A stretch of 64,000 bases of DNA from Micropepsaceae bacterium (GCA_965227535.1 OZ245761.1:4733366-4797365), one strand, 5' to 3'. Positions 27,099-36,595 are shown, counted from the first letter of the stretch. Numbers and translations are program-made. Notes: a model not told the origin generated them from the sequence alone.

Positions 27099-29495
27099 AT
27101 GCCGCGCGCCGAGTTGCTGAAGACGCTTGCCGAGCTGGAGCGCAAAATCCTGTGGCTCGCGAGTTGGACGATCCACAACGCCAATCACCTGCGCGACAAC
27201 GGCGACGGCTTGAAAGTCGGCGGCCACCAAGCGTCGTCCGCTTCGCTCGCGACGATCATGACGGCGCTCTATTTCGCGGTGCTGCGCCCGCAAGATCGCG
27301 TCGCGGTGAAACCGCACGCGAGCCCCAACTTCCACGCCATCCAGTACCTGCTGGGCCATCAGACGCTCGACAAGCTGCAGAACTTCCGCGGCTACAAAGG
27401 CGCACAGAGCTATCCGTCGCGCACCAAGGACGTCGACGACGTCGACTTCTCGACGGGCTCGGTGGGCCTCGGCGTCGCGCAAACGCTCTTCTCGTCGCTC
27501 GTGCAGGATTACGTCCACGCGCACGGCTGGGCGAAAGACAAGCCCGAAGGCCGCATGGTCGCCCTCATCGGCGACGCGGAGATGGACGAAGGCAACATCT
27601 TCGAGGCCCTGCTCGAAGGCTGGAAGCACGGCGTCCGCAACACCTGGTGGATCGTCGACTACAACCGCCAAAGCCTCGACGCCGTCATTCGCGAGGGCCT
27701 GTGGTCGCGCTTCGAAAGCATGTTCCGCAATTTCGGCTGGGACGTCGTGATCCTGAAATACGGCTCGCTCCTCGAAGCCGCGTTTAAAGAACCGGGCGGC
27801 GAGAAGCTTCGCGACTGGATCGACGCGACGCCGAACCAGCTCTATTCGGCGCTCACCTATCAAGGCGGATCCGCGTGGCGCAAGCGCCTGCTGGACGACA
27901 TCGGCGATCAAGGCCCGGTCACGAAGTTGATCGAGAAACGCACTGACGCCGAACTCGCGAAGCTGATGACGAACCTCGGCGGCCACGATCTCCCGCACCT
28001 CATCGAAGCCTTCGAACGCATCGATCACGACCGCCCGACCTGCTTCATCGCCTACACGATCAAAGGCTACGGCCTGCCGTTACAGGGACACAAAGACAAC
28101 CACGCCGGCCTGATGACGCCGACCCAGATGCAGGTCCTGCGCGACGAGATGGAGGTCCGCGAAGGACATGAGTGGGACAAGTTCGAAGGCCTCTCGCTCC
28201 CCGAAAAGAAACTGACCGACTTCCTAGCCCAAGTTCCGTTCGCGCGCGAAGGCCGCCGCCGCTTCACCGCCCCGCACATCGACGTGCCCGCCACGCTGAA
28301 GGTGCCGATCGCCGGCGAAACGTCGACGCAAGCTGGCTTCGGTAACCTGATGAACGAAATCGGCCGCGAGAAAACCGAACTCGCCGAACGCATCGTCACC
28401 TGCTCGCCCGACGTGACAGTGTCGACGAACCTGGGCGCCTGGGTCAACCGACGCGGTCTCTTCGCCCGCGAAACGCTGGCGGACACGTTCAAGAAAGAAC
28501 GCATCCCCTCAACCTTCAATTGGGAATTCGGTCCGAAGGGTCAGCACATCGAACTCGGCATCGCCGAGATGAATCTCTTCATCCTGCTCTCGGCCTTAGG
28601 CCTCTCGCACACCATCAACGGCGAGCGCCTGATCCCGGTGGGAACGCTCTACGACCCCTTCATCGCCCGCGGCCTCGATGCGCTGAACTACGCCTGCTAC
28701 CAGGACGCTCGCTTCATCGTCGTCGCGACACCGTCCGGCATCACGCTGGCAGGCGAGGGCGGCGCGCACCAATCCATCGCCCAGCCCTTGATCGGCATAT
28801 CGCAAGACGGCCTGTGCGCGTTTGAACCCGCTTATGTCGACGAACTCGCCATCATGCTGCGCTTCGCCATGGACTACATCCAGCGCAACGGCGACGGCGA
28901 CGCGGACGAACGCACCTGGCTGCGCGACCAAACCGGAGGCTCGGTCTATCTGCGCCTCTCGACCCGCCCCATCGAACAGCCCAAACGCGAGATGACCGGA
29001 GACACGGCTCAAGGCATCATCGACGGCGCCTACTGGCTGCGCAAACCCGGCGCCAACGCGCAAGTCGTCGTGGCGTACATGGGCGCCATCGCACCCGAAG
29101 CGATCGAAGCCGTCGGCCTCATGGCCGAAGACCGCCGCGACGTTGGCCTGCTCGCGGTCACATCGGCCGACCGCCTCAACGCAGGTTGGACCGCGGCCCA
29201 ACGCGCGCGCGAACGCGGCCTCATTGGCGCGCGCTCGCACATCGAACGCCTGCTCGGCGAAATCCCACCCGATTGTGCACTGGTCACAGTTCTCGACGGC
29301 CATCCGGCGGCGCTCTCGTGGCTGGGCTCCGTCCACGGCCATCGCGTCCGCGGCCTCGGCGTCGAACATTTCGGCCAAACGGGCTCGCTCGCGGAACTTT
29401 ACAAGCACTACGGCATTGACGCGAATGCGATCATCCGCGCCGCGCAAGCCATTGCGCCCGGCCGCCCGATCCGGCATCTGCGTGTAGCGAATTGA
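27099..29495 (+). CDS. AceE-like (homodimeric-type) thiamine-diphosphate-dependent 2-oxoacid dehydrogenase E1 / transketolase-superfamily protein
   Basis: N-terminus ...ILWLASWTIHNANH...GLKVGGHQASSAS, ThDP motif GDAEMDEGN, and pyrimidine-binding and C-terminal transketolase-like regions. 798 aa. Confidence 0.85.
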   Translation: MPRAELLKTLAELERKILWLASWTIHNANHLRDNGDGLKVGGHQASSASLATIMTALYFAVLRPQDRVAVKPHASPNFHAIQYLLGHQTLDKLQNFRGYKGAQSYPSRTKDVDDVDFSTGSVGLGVAQTLFSSLVQDYVHAHGWAKDKPEGRMVALIGDAEMDEGNIFEALLEGWKHGVRNTWWIVDYNRQSLDAVIREGLWSRFESMFRNFGWDVVILKYGSLLEAAFKEPGGEKLRDWIDATPNQLYSALTYQGGSAWRKRLLDDIGDQGPVTKLIEKRTDAELAKLMTNLGGHDLPHLIEAFERIDHDRPTCFIAYTIKGYGLPLQGHKDNHAGLMTPTQMQVLRDEMEVREGHEWDKFEGLSLPEKKLTDFLAQVPFAREGRRRFTAPHIDVPATLKVPIAGETSTQAGFGNLMNEIGREKTELAERIVTCSPDVTVSTNLGAWVNRRGLFARETLADTFKKERIPSTFNWEFGPKGQHIELGIAEMNLFILLSALGLSHTINGERLIPVGTLYDPFIARGLDALNYACYQDARFIVVATPSGITLAGEGGAHQSIAQPLIGISQDGLCAFEPAYVDELAIMLRFAMDYIQRNGDGDADERTWLRDQTGGSVYLRLSTRPIEQPKREMTGDTAQGIIDGAYWLRKPGANAQVVVAYMGAIAPEAIEAVGLMAEDRRDVGLLAVTSADRLNAGWTAAQRARERGLIGARSHIERLLGEIPPDCALVTVLDGHPAALSWLGSVHGHRVRGLGVEHFGQTGSLAELYKHYGIDANAIIRAAQAIAPGRPIRHLRVAN

Positions 29496-29517
29496 GTTGA
29501 GCCCCAGGAGACCCTTC

Positions 29518-30144
29518 ATGCGCAACATTCTCATGTCGTCGATCGCGGCGCTGCCGCTTCTGGCCTGTTGTTCCGGCATGTCCGTTGGCGTTGGAGTCGG
29601 CGGCGGTTCCGGCAATGTCGGCGTCGGCGCGTCGACCAGCGTCAATGTCGGAGGCGACAGCCAACGCACGACAGGCAATCAACTCGTCGTCACGATGTAC
29701 AAGGTCGATGCCAAGGGCATCGGCGCCGAGATTGGCACGCTGATGTTCGAGAACACCCGCAAGGGTCTGCGCATTGAACCGGCGCTCGGCGGTCTGCCGC
29801 CCGGCGACCACGGCTTCCACATCCACGAAAAGCCAGACTGCAGCCCCGGCGAAAAGGACGGCAAGAAAGAAGCCGCCCTCGCGGCCGGCAGCCACCACGA
29901 TCCGAAAGCCACCGGCAAGCACGCAGGCCCGGACGGCGACGGCCACCGCGGCGACCTTCCAGTTCTGAAGGTCGACAAGGAAGGCAACGCGACGGAAATG
30001 ATGTACGTCCTGCGCCTCGGCGTCGACGATCTGCGCGGCCACGCCCTCATGATCCACGAAGGCGGCGACAACTACGCAGACCAACCGAAGCCGCTCGGCG
30101 GCGGCGGCGCGCGCATCGCCTGCGGTGTCGTGGCGAGCCGGTAA
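29518..30144 (+). CDS. sodC: Periplasmic Cu/Zn superoxide dismutase (lipoprotein-type signal)
   Basis: AGGAGA RBS. Signal MRNILMSSIAALPLLACCSG. GFHIHEKPDC, HHDP, GDLP and GGGGARIACGV are classical SodC motifs. Confidence 0.92.
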   Translation: MRNILMSSIAALPLLACCSGMSVGVGVGGGSGNVGVGASTSVNVGGDSQRTTGNQLVVTMYKVDAKGIGAEIGTLMFENTRKGLRIEPALGGLPPGDHGFHIHEKPDCSPGEKDGKKEAALAAGSHHDPKATGKHAGPDGDGHRGDLPVLKVDKEGNATEMMYVLRLGVDDLRGHALMIHEGGDNYADQPKPLGGGGARIACGVVASR

Positions 30145-30149
30145 CCCAC

Positions 30150-30761
30150 ATGTCCAAACTCAGAGTCTACGGTTACGCCCGCTCGCGCACGCTGCGCACC
30201 CTATGGATGCTCGAAGAACTCGGCCTCCCTTATGATCACGTCGACCTGTCGTCCCAAGCCGGCGGCACGCGCACGCCCGACTTTCTTAAGATCAACCCCG
30301 CGGGCCACATCCCGGCCATCGACGACGACGGCTTCAAGATGTCGGAGTCGATGGCGATCAACCTCTATCTCGCCAAGAAGCACGGCAAGCTCCAACCCGC
30401 GACGCTGCAAAGCGAAGCGAAAGCGATCCAATGGAGCTTCTGGGCCGCGCACGAAGTCGATCGCCAAGTCGTGCAATGGGTCATCAACACAACAAGCCTG
30501 CCTGTCGAACAGCGCAACGTGCAGGCAGCCTTCGCCGCGCGCGAAGAACTCGAATGGCCGTTGCAAGTCCTCGACGGCGAACTCGGCAAACACCAATACC
30601 TCGCCGACCCCGACACGTTCACCGTCGCCGACCTCAACGTCGCCGCGGTCCTCTATCGCCTGCTCTTCGTCGACCTGACCGGCAAGCCCAACCTCGATGC
30701 GTGGCTCAAACGCTGCTGGGACCGCCCGGCCGCAAAGCGAGCACGGGCGATGCGCGAGTAA
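30150..30761 (+). CDS. Glutathione S-transferase
   Basis: RTLWMLEELGLPY...HIPAIDDDGFKMSESMAINLYL is a thioredoxin-like N-domain, followed by a helical C-domain. Confidence 0.9.
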   Translation: MSKLRVYGYARSRTLRTLWMLEELGLPYDHVDLSSQAGGTRTPDFLKINPAGHIPAIDDDGFKMSESMAINLYLAKKHGKLQPATLQSEAKAIQWSFWAAHEVDRQVVQWVINTTSLPVEQRNVQAAFAAREELEWPLQVLDGELGKHQYLADPDTFTVADLNVAAVLYRLLFVDLTGKPNLDAWLKRCWDRPAAKRARAMRE

Positions 30762-30855
30762 TTACCTCCAAGGTAATAGATCGGTCGACGCCCCGTCCCT
30801 AAGTGTCATGGTCCGCGAAGGCGGACCACCCACGACTTTGGATGCGACACACGCC

Positions 30856-31260
30856 ATGATCATCACCGCCGAACAAATGAACGACAACCCGCTGCCTTTT
30901 GCGAAACTGATGGGCGTGCGTTTCGTGTCCATCACGAAGGACGAGGTGGTCGTCGAACTCGAAGTCCGCCCCGACCTCTGCACGGCCCCAATGCCCACGC
31001 TGCACGGCGGCGCGGCGATGGCTTTGGCAGACACCGCAGGCGCCGTCGCCACGGTGATGAACTTGCCTGAAGGCGCGAAGGGCACAACCACGATCGAAAG
31101 CAAAACCAACTTTATCGGCGGCGCACCGTCCGGCACAACTGTGCGCGGCACGACGACACCGATCCACCGCGGCGGCAAAACCCAAGTCTGGCAAACGCGC
31201 ATCACCCGCCCCGACGGCAAACTTGTCGCCGTCGTCACGCAAACGCAGCTGGTGCTTTAG
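30856..31260 (+). CDS. PaaI-family hotdog-fold thioesterase
   Basis: FAKLMGVRFVSITKDEVVVELEVRPDLC...LHGGAAMALADTAG...TTPIHRGGKTQVW matches the PaaI/4HBT pattern. An alternative in-frame ATG at 30808 cannot be excluded. Confidence 0.8.
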   Translation: MIITAEQMNDNPLPFAKLMGVRFVSITKDEVVVELEVRPDLCTAPMPTLHGGAAMALADTAGAVATVMNLPEGAKGTTTIESKTNFIGGAPSGTTVRGTTTPIHRGGKTQVWQTRITRPDGKLVAVVTQTQLVL

Positions 31261-32090
31261 AATCGCGCGCCCGACTGGGCGTCGATGAAGTCTTCCGTAT
31301 CTTTGAGAACGCTCGCGCGCCAACGCCAGCCCCACAGATACGCCGCGAAGATCTCGAAGTGCCCGATGCCGGGATAAATCTTGGCTTCGGCCGTCGATCC
31401 GGCCGCGCTCAGCGCTTCAGCCAAATACGTACTCGCGTGCACGCCGACCACGCGATCGCGCGCGCCGTGGAGCAGCAGCATCGGCGGTGCGCCCGCGCGC
31501 ACCAGCTTGATCGGCCGCGCGCCGTTCGGCTCTACATGCGATGACGCGAAAATGTCCTTGAGCCCCGACCACTTTAGCGGATTGAGCGTGTAAGGCCCTG
31601 CAAGACCGACGACGCCCTTGATCGCCGACGTATCGAGCCCATGCACCCGTAACCACTTGGGATCAAGCGCCAGCAGCGTCGAGATATGCGCACCCGCCGA
31701 ATGCCCCATCACGAACAGCCGCGACGAACTTCCGCCCAGCTGTGCCGCGTGATCGTGCACCCACTTGAACGCCAGCGCCCCATCCTCGACGAAAGCCGGA
31801 AACGACGCATGCGGATAAAGATGATAGTCGGGCACGACGACCGCATACCCGCGCGAAGCCATCATCCGCCCGAACAGGCGATAGTACCACCGCGCACCCG
31901 ACACCCATCCGCCGCCGTAGAGATAGAGAATGGTCGCCTTCACCGCGCTGTCCTTCGGCGCATAGATGTCGAGCTTCTGCCGCGGCAACGGTCCGTATGG
32001 CACATGCCGCGTGCCGATGCCGGTACGCAGCGCGAGGCCCGAAGGACCGCGAGCGTCAACATCCGAACGAAAAGTACTTACCTGATCCAT
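31257..32090 (-). CDS. Alpha/beta hydrolase (esterase/lipase fold)
   Basis: LYLYGGGW oxyanion region, nucleophile elbow GHSAGAH, C-terminal HGARD...GHFE. Confidence 0.85.
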   Translation of the reverse strand: MDQVSTFRSDVDARGPSGLALRTGIGTRHVPYGPLPRQKLDIYAPKDSAVKATILYLYGGGWVSGARWYYRLFGRMMASRGYAVVVPDYHLYPHASFPAFVEDGALAFKWVHDHAAQLGGSSSRLFVMGHSAGAHISTLLALDPKWLRVHGLDTSAIKGVVGLAGPYTLNPLKWSGLKDIFASSHVEPNGARPIKLVRAGAPPMLLLHGARDRVVGVHASTYLAEALSAAGSTAEAKIYPGIGHFEIFAAYLWGWRWRASVLKDTEDFIDAQSGARF

Positions 32091-32186
32091 GGTCCATAGA
32101 GGGCTTCAAGCGGCTTCAGCCGTCAAGCCCTGGAGACATAGATCGACGGTTCCCGGCGTCAAGGGCCGGGAAACGCGCGCAGCAGA

Positions 32187-33809
32187 TCAGTTCAGCGGCG
32201 TCGAGAAAGTCAACAGCAGCGCGTGCCCGCCGCCTTTTTCGCGGCCCGCCGCATCGCGCTCGCTGCCGTTGAGATCGTAGCGATACTCGAGTTTCAGCTT
32301 CGCTTCGTCGCGGCTCAGTTCCTGTTGCGCGAAGGTCGACAGGTCGACGCTCAACTGCAGCTGACGCGTTTTCGAGCGCGCCGCCAGATTGTCGTCGATG
32401 ATTTGCGATTGCGCATCGGCTGCACCGAGCCGAAGCTCGACCGTCGGCCCGCCTTCCGGCGCGTAGGCGACCGAAACATGCGGCGCAATCTCGCTGTCGT
32501 TGTTGCGAATGCCCAGACTCGTATCGTCTGTCTCGATCATCGAGAGCCCGGCGCCGAACTTCCAGTTGCCGCGGCGGATCTTGTGAGAGATATCCACGAA
32601 CCGGTCACGCGACCGCGCCAGCGGAATGCTGTCCTCGCCGTCCGGCGTATAGATATCGGTTTTGATGCGGCGTTCCCAAACGCTGGCCGTCGTCTCGCCG
32701 AAATTCGTCTCCCACGTCAGCGCGATGTTGGCGGTGCTGACGCGATCGCGCGGTCCAGGCAAAAGCTCCGCGCGCACAATGTCGCCGCGCTCGAACGCCG
32801 CGAACACCGACGTCGGCAGGAACGGCCGGATCGGATCGATCGCATCGGCGACCGCCGGCGGAATGACGTCGGCGACCATGACGTCGGCGGTCACGCCGGC
32901 GTATTGGCTGCGCTTCAACCACTGACCGCCCTGGGTCAGATTGAACTCCATGCCTTCCTTGCGATAGACCGAAATCTCCGACTGCGCATAGCCGACCGTC
33001 ACGCCCTGCCGTTTCAAATTCTCGGCGCGCGTCACGAAATCCTGATAGTCGACCTTGACGCTCGCCTCGCCGAACTCAAGCGACGACGACATCGTCGACC
33101 ACGACCCCGGCAGGACCAAACGGCCGGTCGGCAATTCGCTGATCGCCGTCGCAAAACCTTCCGTCGTCTCGCCCATCTCGCCGTTGACGAGAAGGCGCAA
33201 ATTCTCGCTATCGATCACTTTCGCCGCAAAACGCGTGCGCCGCGACGTGTCGCTGAGGTGCATCGGCCTGTCGGCCTCACGCAGCTGCGGGTCACGGAAA
33301 TCGCGCGTGTCGGTTTCGTCGATCGTCTTGGCAAAGTCGGATGTGACGGCGACCCGGCCGTTGAACATCGTGGCGTCGACGCCGACGCTTTCTGTGGCGA
33401 CGCCGCCGTTCGAGAAGTTCGCGCCGTTCGCCAGCCGGTCGACCTTCACGCCGACCGCAGGCTCAAGATCATACGACCCGCTACGCAGCTTCAAAGTGAC
33501 GGGAGCGTCATACGGCGTGTTTTCCGCGAAGGGCAGGGGAACGTCCTCGGCCTTGTCCGTATCGTCGCTCGTATCCAGCGACAGCAGATTGACCGTCTGC
33601 TGCGTGAACACCCTCGCCCGCAGTTTGTTAACTTGCTCCGTGGCCGCCGTCTTCTCGATCCCTAAAGAGGTCGCGAGTGTCGTGGGCATCAGCCAGAAAG
33701 GTTGTATCGGTTCGGCACTCGCGACGTCCGCGCAGACGACCGCACTGCCGGCCAAAAGAAGGGTCCGCAAACCCCTCGGCGCAATCTTCGATTTCGAACG
33801 GTGTTCCAT
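32187..33809 (-). CDS. Secreted protein, probably an outer-membrane beta-barrel, of unknown function
   Basis: Signal peptide ...LLLAGSAVVCADVASAEP and 540 aa rich in alternating beta-strand-like segments. No family recognised. Confidence 0.6.
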   Translation of the reverse strand: MEHRSKSKIAPRGLRTLLLAGSAVVCADVASAEPIQPFWLMPTTLATSLGIEKTAATEQVNKLRARVFTQQTVNLLSLDTSDDTDKAEDVPLPFAENTPYDAPVTLKLRSGSYDLEPAVGVKVDRLANGANFSNGGVATESVGVDATMFNGRVAVTSDFAKTIDETDTRDFRDPQLREADRPMHLSDTSRRTRFAAKVIDSENLRLLVNGEMGETTEGFATAISELPTGRLVLPGSWSTMSSSLEFGEASVKVDYQDFVTRAENLKRQGVTVGYAQSEISVYRKEGMEFNLTQGGQWLKRSQYAGVTADVMVADVIPPAVADAIDPIRPFLPTSVFAAFERGDIVRAELLPGPRDRVSTANIALTWETNFGETTASVWERRIKTDIYTPDGEDSIPLARSRDRFVDISHKIRRGNWKFGAGLSMIETDDTSLGIRNNDSEIAPHVSVAYAPEGGPTVELRLGAADAQSQIIDDNLAARSKTRQLQLSVDLSTFAQQELSRDEAKLKLEYRYDLNGSERDAAGREKGGGHALLLTFSTPLN

Positions 33810-34588
33810 GGCGATCCTTGCTCCGCAAGTTCCGCGCCACAGCCGGTTAACCGTCTATCGGCGCGAGAAAGAAACCACGCCGCAGCTTTTGCCGCGTCGT
33901 TCAGGCCTTTCCGTCTTTGCAAACAGCAATGGATGTCGTGGGCCACCGCCCCCCGGCGTAACACTGACGCCAACGCCCCGTACGCATACTCGCCCTCCCT
34001 AGGCGACAGTCGCGACCGGTTCTGCACTTTCTACGTCAAGTGGAGAATCATGCGACTGTGATTCTGACACGAGCGTAATCTCACTTTCGAGTTAGTCCAT
34101 AGGGGTCACAAAATAATTCCGCATGCGGATCAATTTTCATCGCGATGCATGCAGCGACGCCATCGCGGCCTGTTACGAGATGTTTCAGCACGTGCGCTTG
34201 ATCCCAATGGTTACGCCCGCGATCGATCGCTCCTCACACGGACGATCGTCGCCGGACTCATCACGGCGCGAGTTAACGCTGAATACAAATTCCCAGGCGT
34301 ATGTTTTGATCGTGCAACGTGTTTTCGCAGCGCACCGCATGCGGCGCGCGCATGGTGATCCGAAAGATCCCGATACGCGTAGTCAAAAACAATCAGCCCG
34401 TCGGCAAAGCAAACTGCATCGCACGGGGTCGTCGTTAAGGAACCCGGCAGCCGTCCGCGTGTTGGCACTTGGGGGACGGCGTGGCGTGAGCCATACCCCT
34501 GCCGCCGGTGGCAGCTGCCTTTTGCGGCGCGATGGCCATATTGCGCCGCAACAGCCAGGGGAGGCAGCTCTCCTGAACAAAGAACCGA

Positions 34589-35308
34589 ATGGAAAAATAC
34601 GCACAGCTCGGCGAGACACTGGCCCGGATCACGGCAGCGTGGTCCCTGGCGTCGCTATGGGCGACCGTTAAGGACTACACCGGCCGGTTCGGCTACACAC
34701 ATATGGTCGTGGTGGACGCCGCCCGCATTGTCGCCGGTATCCGCGATGCGGTTCTCTACAGCGACGCGCCGCCCGACCTGCTTAGCGCAATCGACCGCGA
34801 ACTCGTTTACGAAGACCACCCTCTCGTCCGCCACGCGCTCAACTCGCAGTCGCCCTTTCTGATCTCCGATCTGACCAACAGCCCCATGCACCAGGGCGAG
34901 CGCTGGACGGAGTTGCTTGCCGACGTGGTCAAGAACGGTGAGGGTCTGGTCATTCCGGTCTGGCGCAATGATGAGCCGCTTGCGGGCTTCAACCTCGCCG
35001 GCGAAAAGCCCGACACCTCCGGCCTGACCCGCGCCCTACTTCAGGTGGTCGGCCACGCCGCCATCGAGCGCGCGCTGGAGCTGCGCCAAGGCAAGGGCAC
35101 CTCGGCCGGCCTGACCCTGACCGTGCGCGAGACCCAGTGCCTGCGCTACGTTGCCATCGGCCATTCCGACGTCGAGATCGGCAAAATGCTGGGCATCAGC
35201 CCCCGCACCGTCCGCTTCCACGTCGACAGCGCCAAGACCAAATTGGGCGTCTCGACCAGGGTTCAGGCGATCGCCAAGGCCTTGCGCGAGCGCATTATCG
35301 CCGTCTAG
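34589..35308 (+). CDS. LuxR-family regulator (autoinducer-binding-like N-domain plus GerE/LuxR HTH); a LuxR solo
   Basis: C-terminus LTVRETQCLRYVAIGHSDVEIGKMLGISPRTVRFHVDSAKTKLGVSTRVQAIAKAL. N-terminal ~170 aa with YEDHPLVRHALNSQSPFLI, resembling the Autoind_bind core. No luxI-type gene is present in the window. Confidence 0.85.
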   Translation: MEKYAQLGETLARITAAWSLASLWATVKDYTGRFGYTHMVVVDAARIVAGIRDAVLYSDAPPDLLSAIDRELVYEDHPLVRHALNSQSPFLISDLTNSPMHQGERWTELLADVVKNGEGLVIPVWRNDEPLAGFNLAGEKPDTSGLTRALLQVVGHAAIERALELRQGKGTSAGLTLTVRETQCLRYVAIGHSDVEIGKMLGISPRTVRFHVDSAKTKLGVSTRVQAIAKALRERIIAV

Positions 35309-35418
35309 GCCTGCCAACTGCGGCAGCACGGCACCAGCCAACGCCAACACGCCCATGCTAAACAGACCCATCCGCGCGGGTGGGGGGAACCGTCCGCGAC
35401 GGTCGGGGGTGGGGAAAC

Positions 35419-35748
35419 GTGCGCCGTTGGCTCTGGCCATACGCGATCTTGGCGGTCCTATTGTTGATGCTCGGGATGACCGCGCTGGGCACGATGTTGG
35501 CTGGCGACGGGGCCGATCGGGCAGCCTCGCAATTCGCGGTCGCTGACGCCGCCGTCATCGAGCCGATGAACCGCTTTCTGATCTCGATGCTGGAGATGAT
35601 CGCGCCATTCGAACTGCCGTCCTGGTTCAAGCAGATCTACGCCGTCCTCGTGATGATCGCGCTCGTCGGGATCACGCTTTCCCTTGGCGTGGGATTGCTC
35701 TTGCTGCCCGTTTTCTATGCGCTCTACCGCGGCAGAGATGCCGACTAG
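35419..35748 (+). CDS. Small hypothetical membrane protein (2-3 TM)
   Basis: I prefer the GTG at 35419 (GGGGTGGGGA upstream); the track start is 35380. TM segments WLWPYAILAVLLLMLGMTALGTML and IYAVLVMIALVGITLSLGVGLLLLPVFYAL. Its TAG stop overlaps the stop of the convergent repressor gene within CTAG. Confidence 0.45.
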   Translation: MRRWLWPYAILAVLLLMLGMTALGTMLAGDGADRAASQFAVADAAVIEPMNRFLISMLEMIAPFELPSWFKQIYAVLVMIALVGITLSLGVGLLLLPVFYALYRGRDAD

Positions 35749-36440
35749 CCGAGAGAGTGCCCGATCCAAATGATCCGCCCCAGCGCTTCCAACGCCGCCG
35801 GATCCAAATCCTCGTAAGGCTTATAGCGTGCGTTGTCCGAACTGATGGTCACCCGCCGTGTCGCCGGATGCATCGTCACCCGCCGCACCATCAGCGTATC
35901 GTCGAGCCGCAGCACATAGATCCCCTCGCGCCGCAGGTTCGCCTGCGCGGTGTCGACCAGCGCCTGATCGCCGTTCGACAACGTCGGCTCCATCGCATCG
36001 CCCGACATCTGGACGACGGCAAGCTGAGACACGGGCGTCGCCGTCAAAGCCTTGAGCCACAATCCGCGGAACATGGTGAAGCTCACCGCATTATCGATGT
36101 CGCCCAACGGATCGCGCCCCGCGCCCGCCTTCATGTCGAACACCGGGACGCGCTCATAGTTCGCGACCTCGATCCCGGCCTCCATCGCATCGGATCGCAC
36201 CTGCTTGCGCGCCCGTGCCGGCTCTCGCATGCGGCCCTCGCCGGTCTCAAGCCAGAGCGAGTCCTGTCCCAACGCCCGCGCGAACTTGGCGGAGTGCTTG
36301 GTCCCCTTGGCGCGCCCGGACTCGAGTTCCATGACCGCCTGCTGGCTGATGCCCACGGCCTTGGCGAGGGCAACTTGCGTGAGGCCCAGAACCTCGCGCG
36401 CCTTCTTGATCCGCGTGCCCACGCCAGACATCGAACGCAT
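35745..36440 (-). CDS. XRE-HTH / S24-peptidase-like (CI/LexA-type) repressor with substituted catalytic dyad positions
   Basis: N-terminus IKKAREVLGLTQVALAKAVGISQQAVMELESG (HTH_XRE). C-terminus VVQMSGDAMEPTLSNGDQALVD...YVLRLDDTLMVRRV follows the S24 pattern, but GDSM reads GDAM and the Lys position reads RR. Confidence 0.85.
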   Translation of the reverse strand: MRSMSGVGTRIKKAREVLGLTQVALAKAVGISQQAVMELESGRAKGTKHSAKFARALGQDSLWLETGEGRMREPARARKQVRSDAMEAGIEVANYERVPVFDMKAGAGRDPLGDIDNAVSFTMFRGLWLKALTATPVSQLAVVQMSGDAMEPTLSNGDQALVDTAQANLRREGIYVLRLDDTLMVRRVTMHPATRRVTISSDNARYKPYEDLDPAALEALGRIIWIGHSLG

Positions 36441-36595
36441 CCTCCCTCAGCCGAGGTCGCCTCGATTCCAAGTCTAACAGGGACCGGCGCTCGTTTTGAC
36501 GCCGCATTTCCGTCGATTTCCCGCCATCGAGCCCGGCGAACCTACGGCCGCCGACACGCATTGGTGACAAGGTCGCCCTTGCGCGAGGTGCCCGG

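Noticed and set aside
27078-28028. Long antisense ORFs overlapping well-supported genes. Examples: 27078-28028 (-), 21045-21878 (-), 18763-20178 (+), 32223-33665 (+), 46208-47278 (+), 61025-62788 (+), 7491-8723 (+).
   Set aside because: Their translations are Arg/Ala/Gly/Pro-rich with no recognisable motifs. They lie opposite genes with clear family signatures. Such shadow frames are expected in high-G+C DNA, where stop codons are rare.
34123-34671. A 182-aa ORF in the long non-coding region upstream of the LuxR solo.
   Set aside because: Arg-rich, low-complexity translation with no RBS. It runs into the luxR start in another frame. More likely non-coding leader or regulatory DNA.
35745-36440. 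Interpreting the CI-like repressor as the marker of a prophage.
   Set aside because: No integrase, terminase, capsid, tail, lysis or att-like repeats occur within the surrounding ~10 kb. The S24 dyad positions are also substituted. A stand-alone or system-specific regulator fits better.
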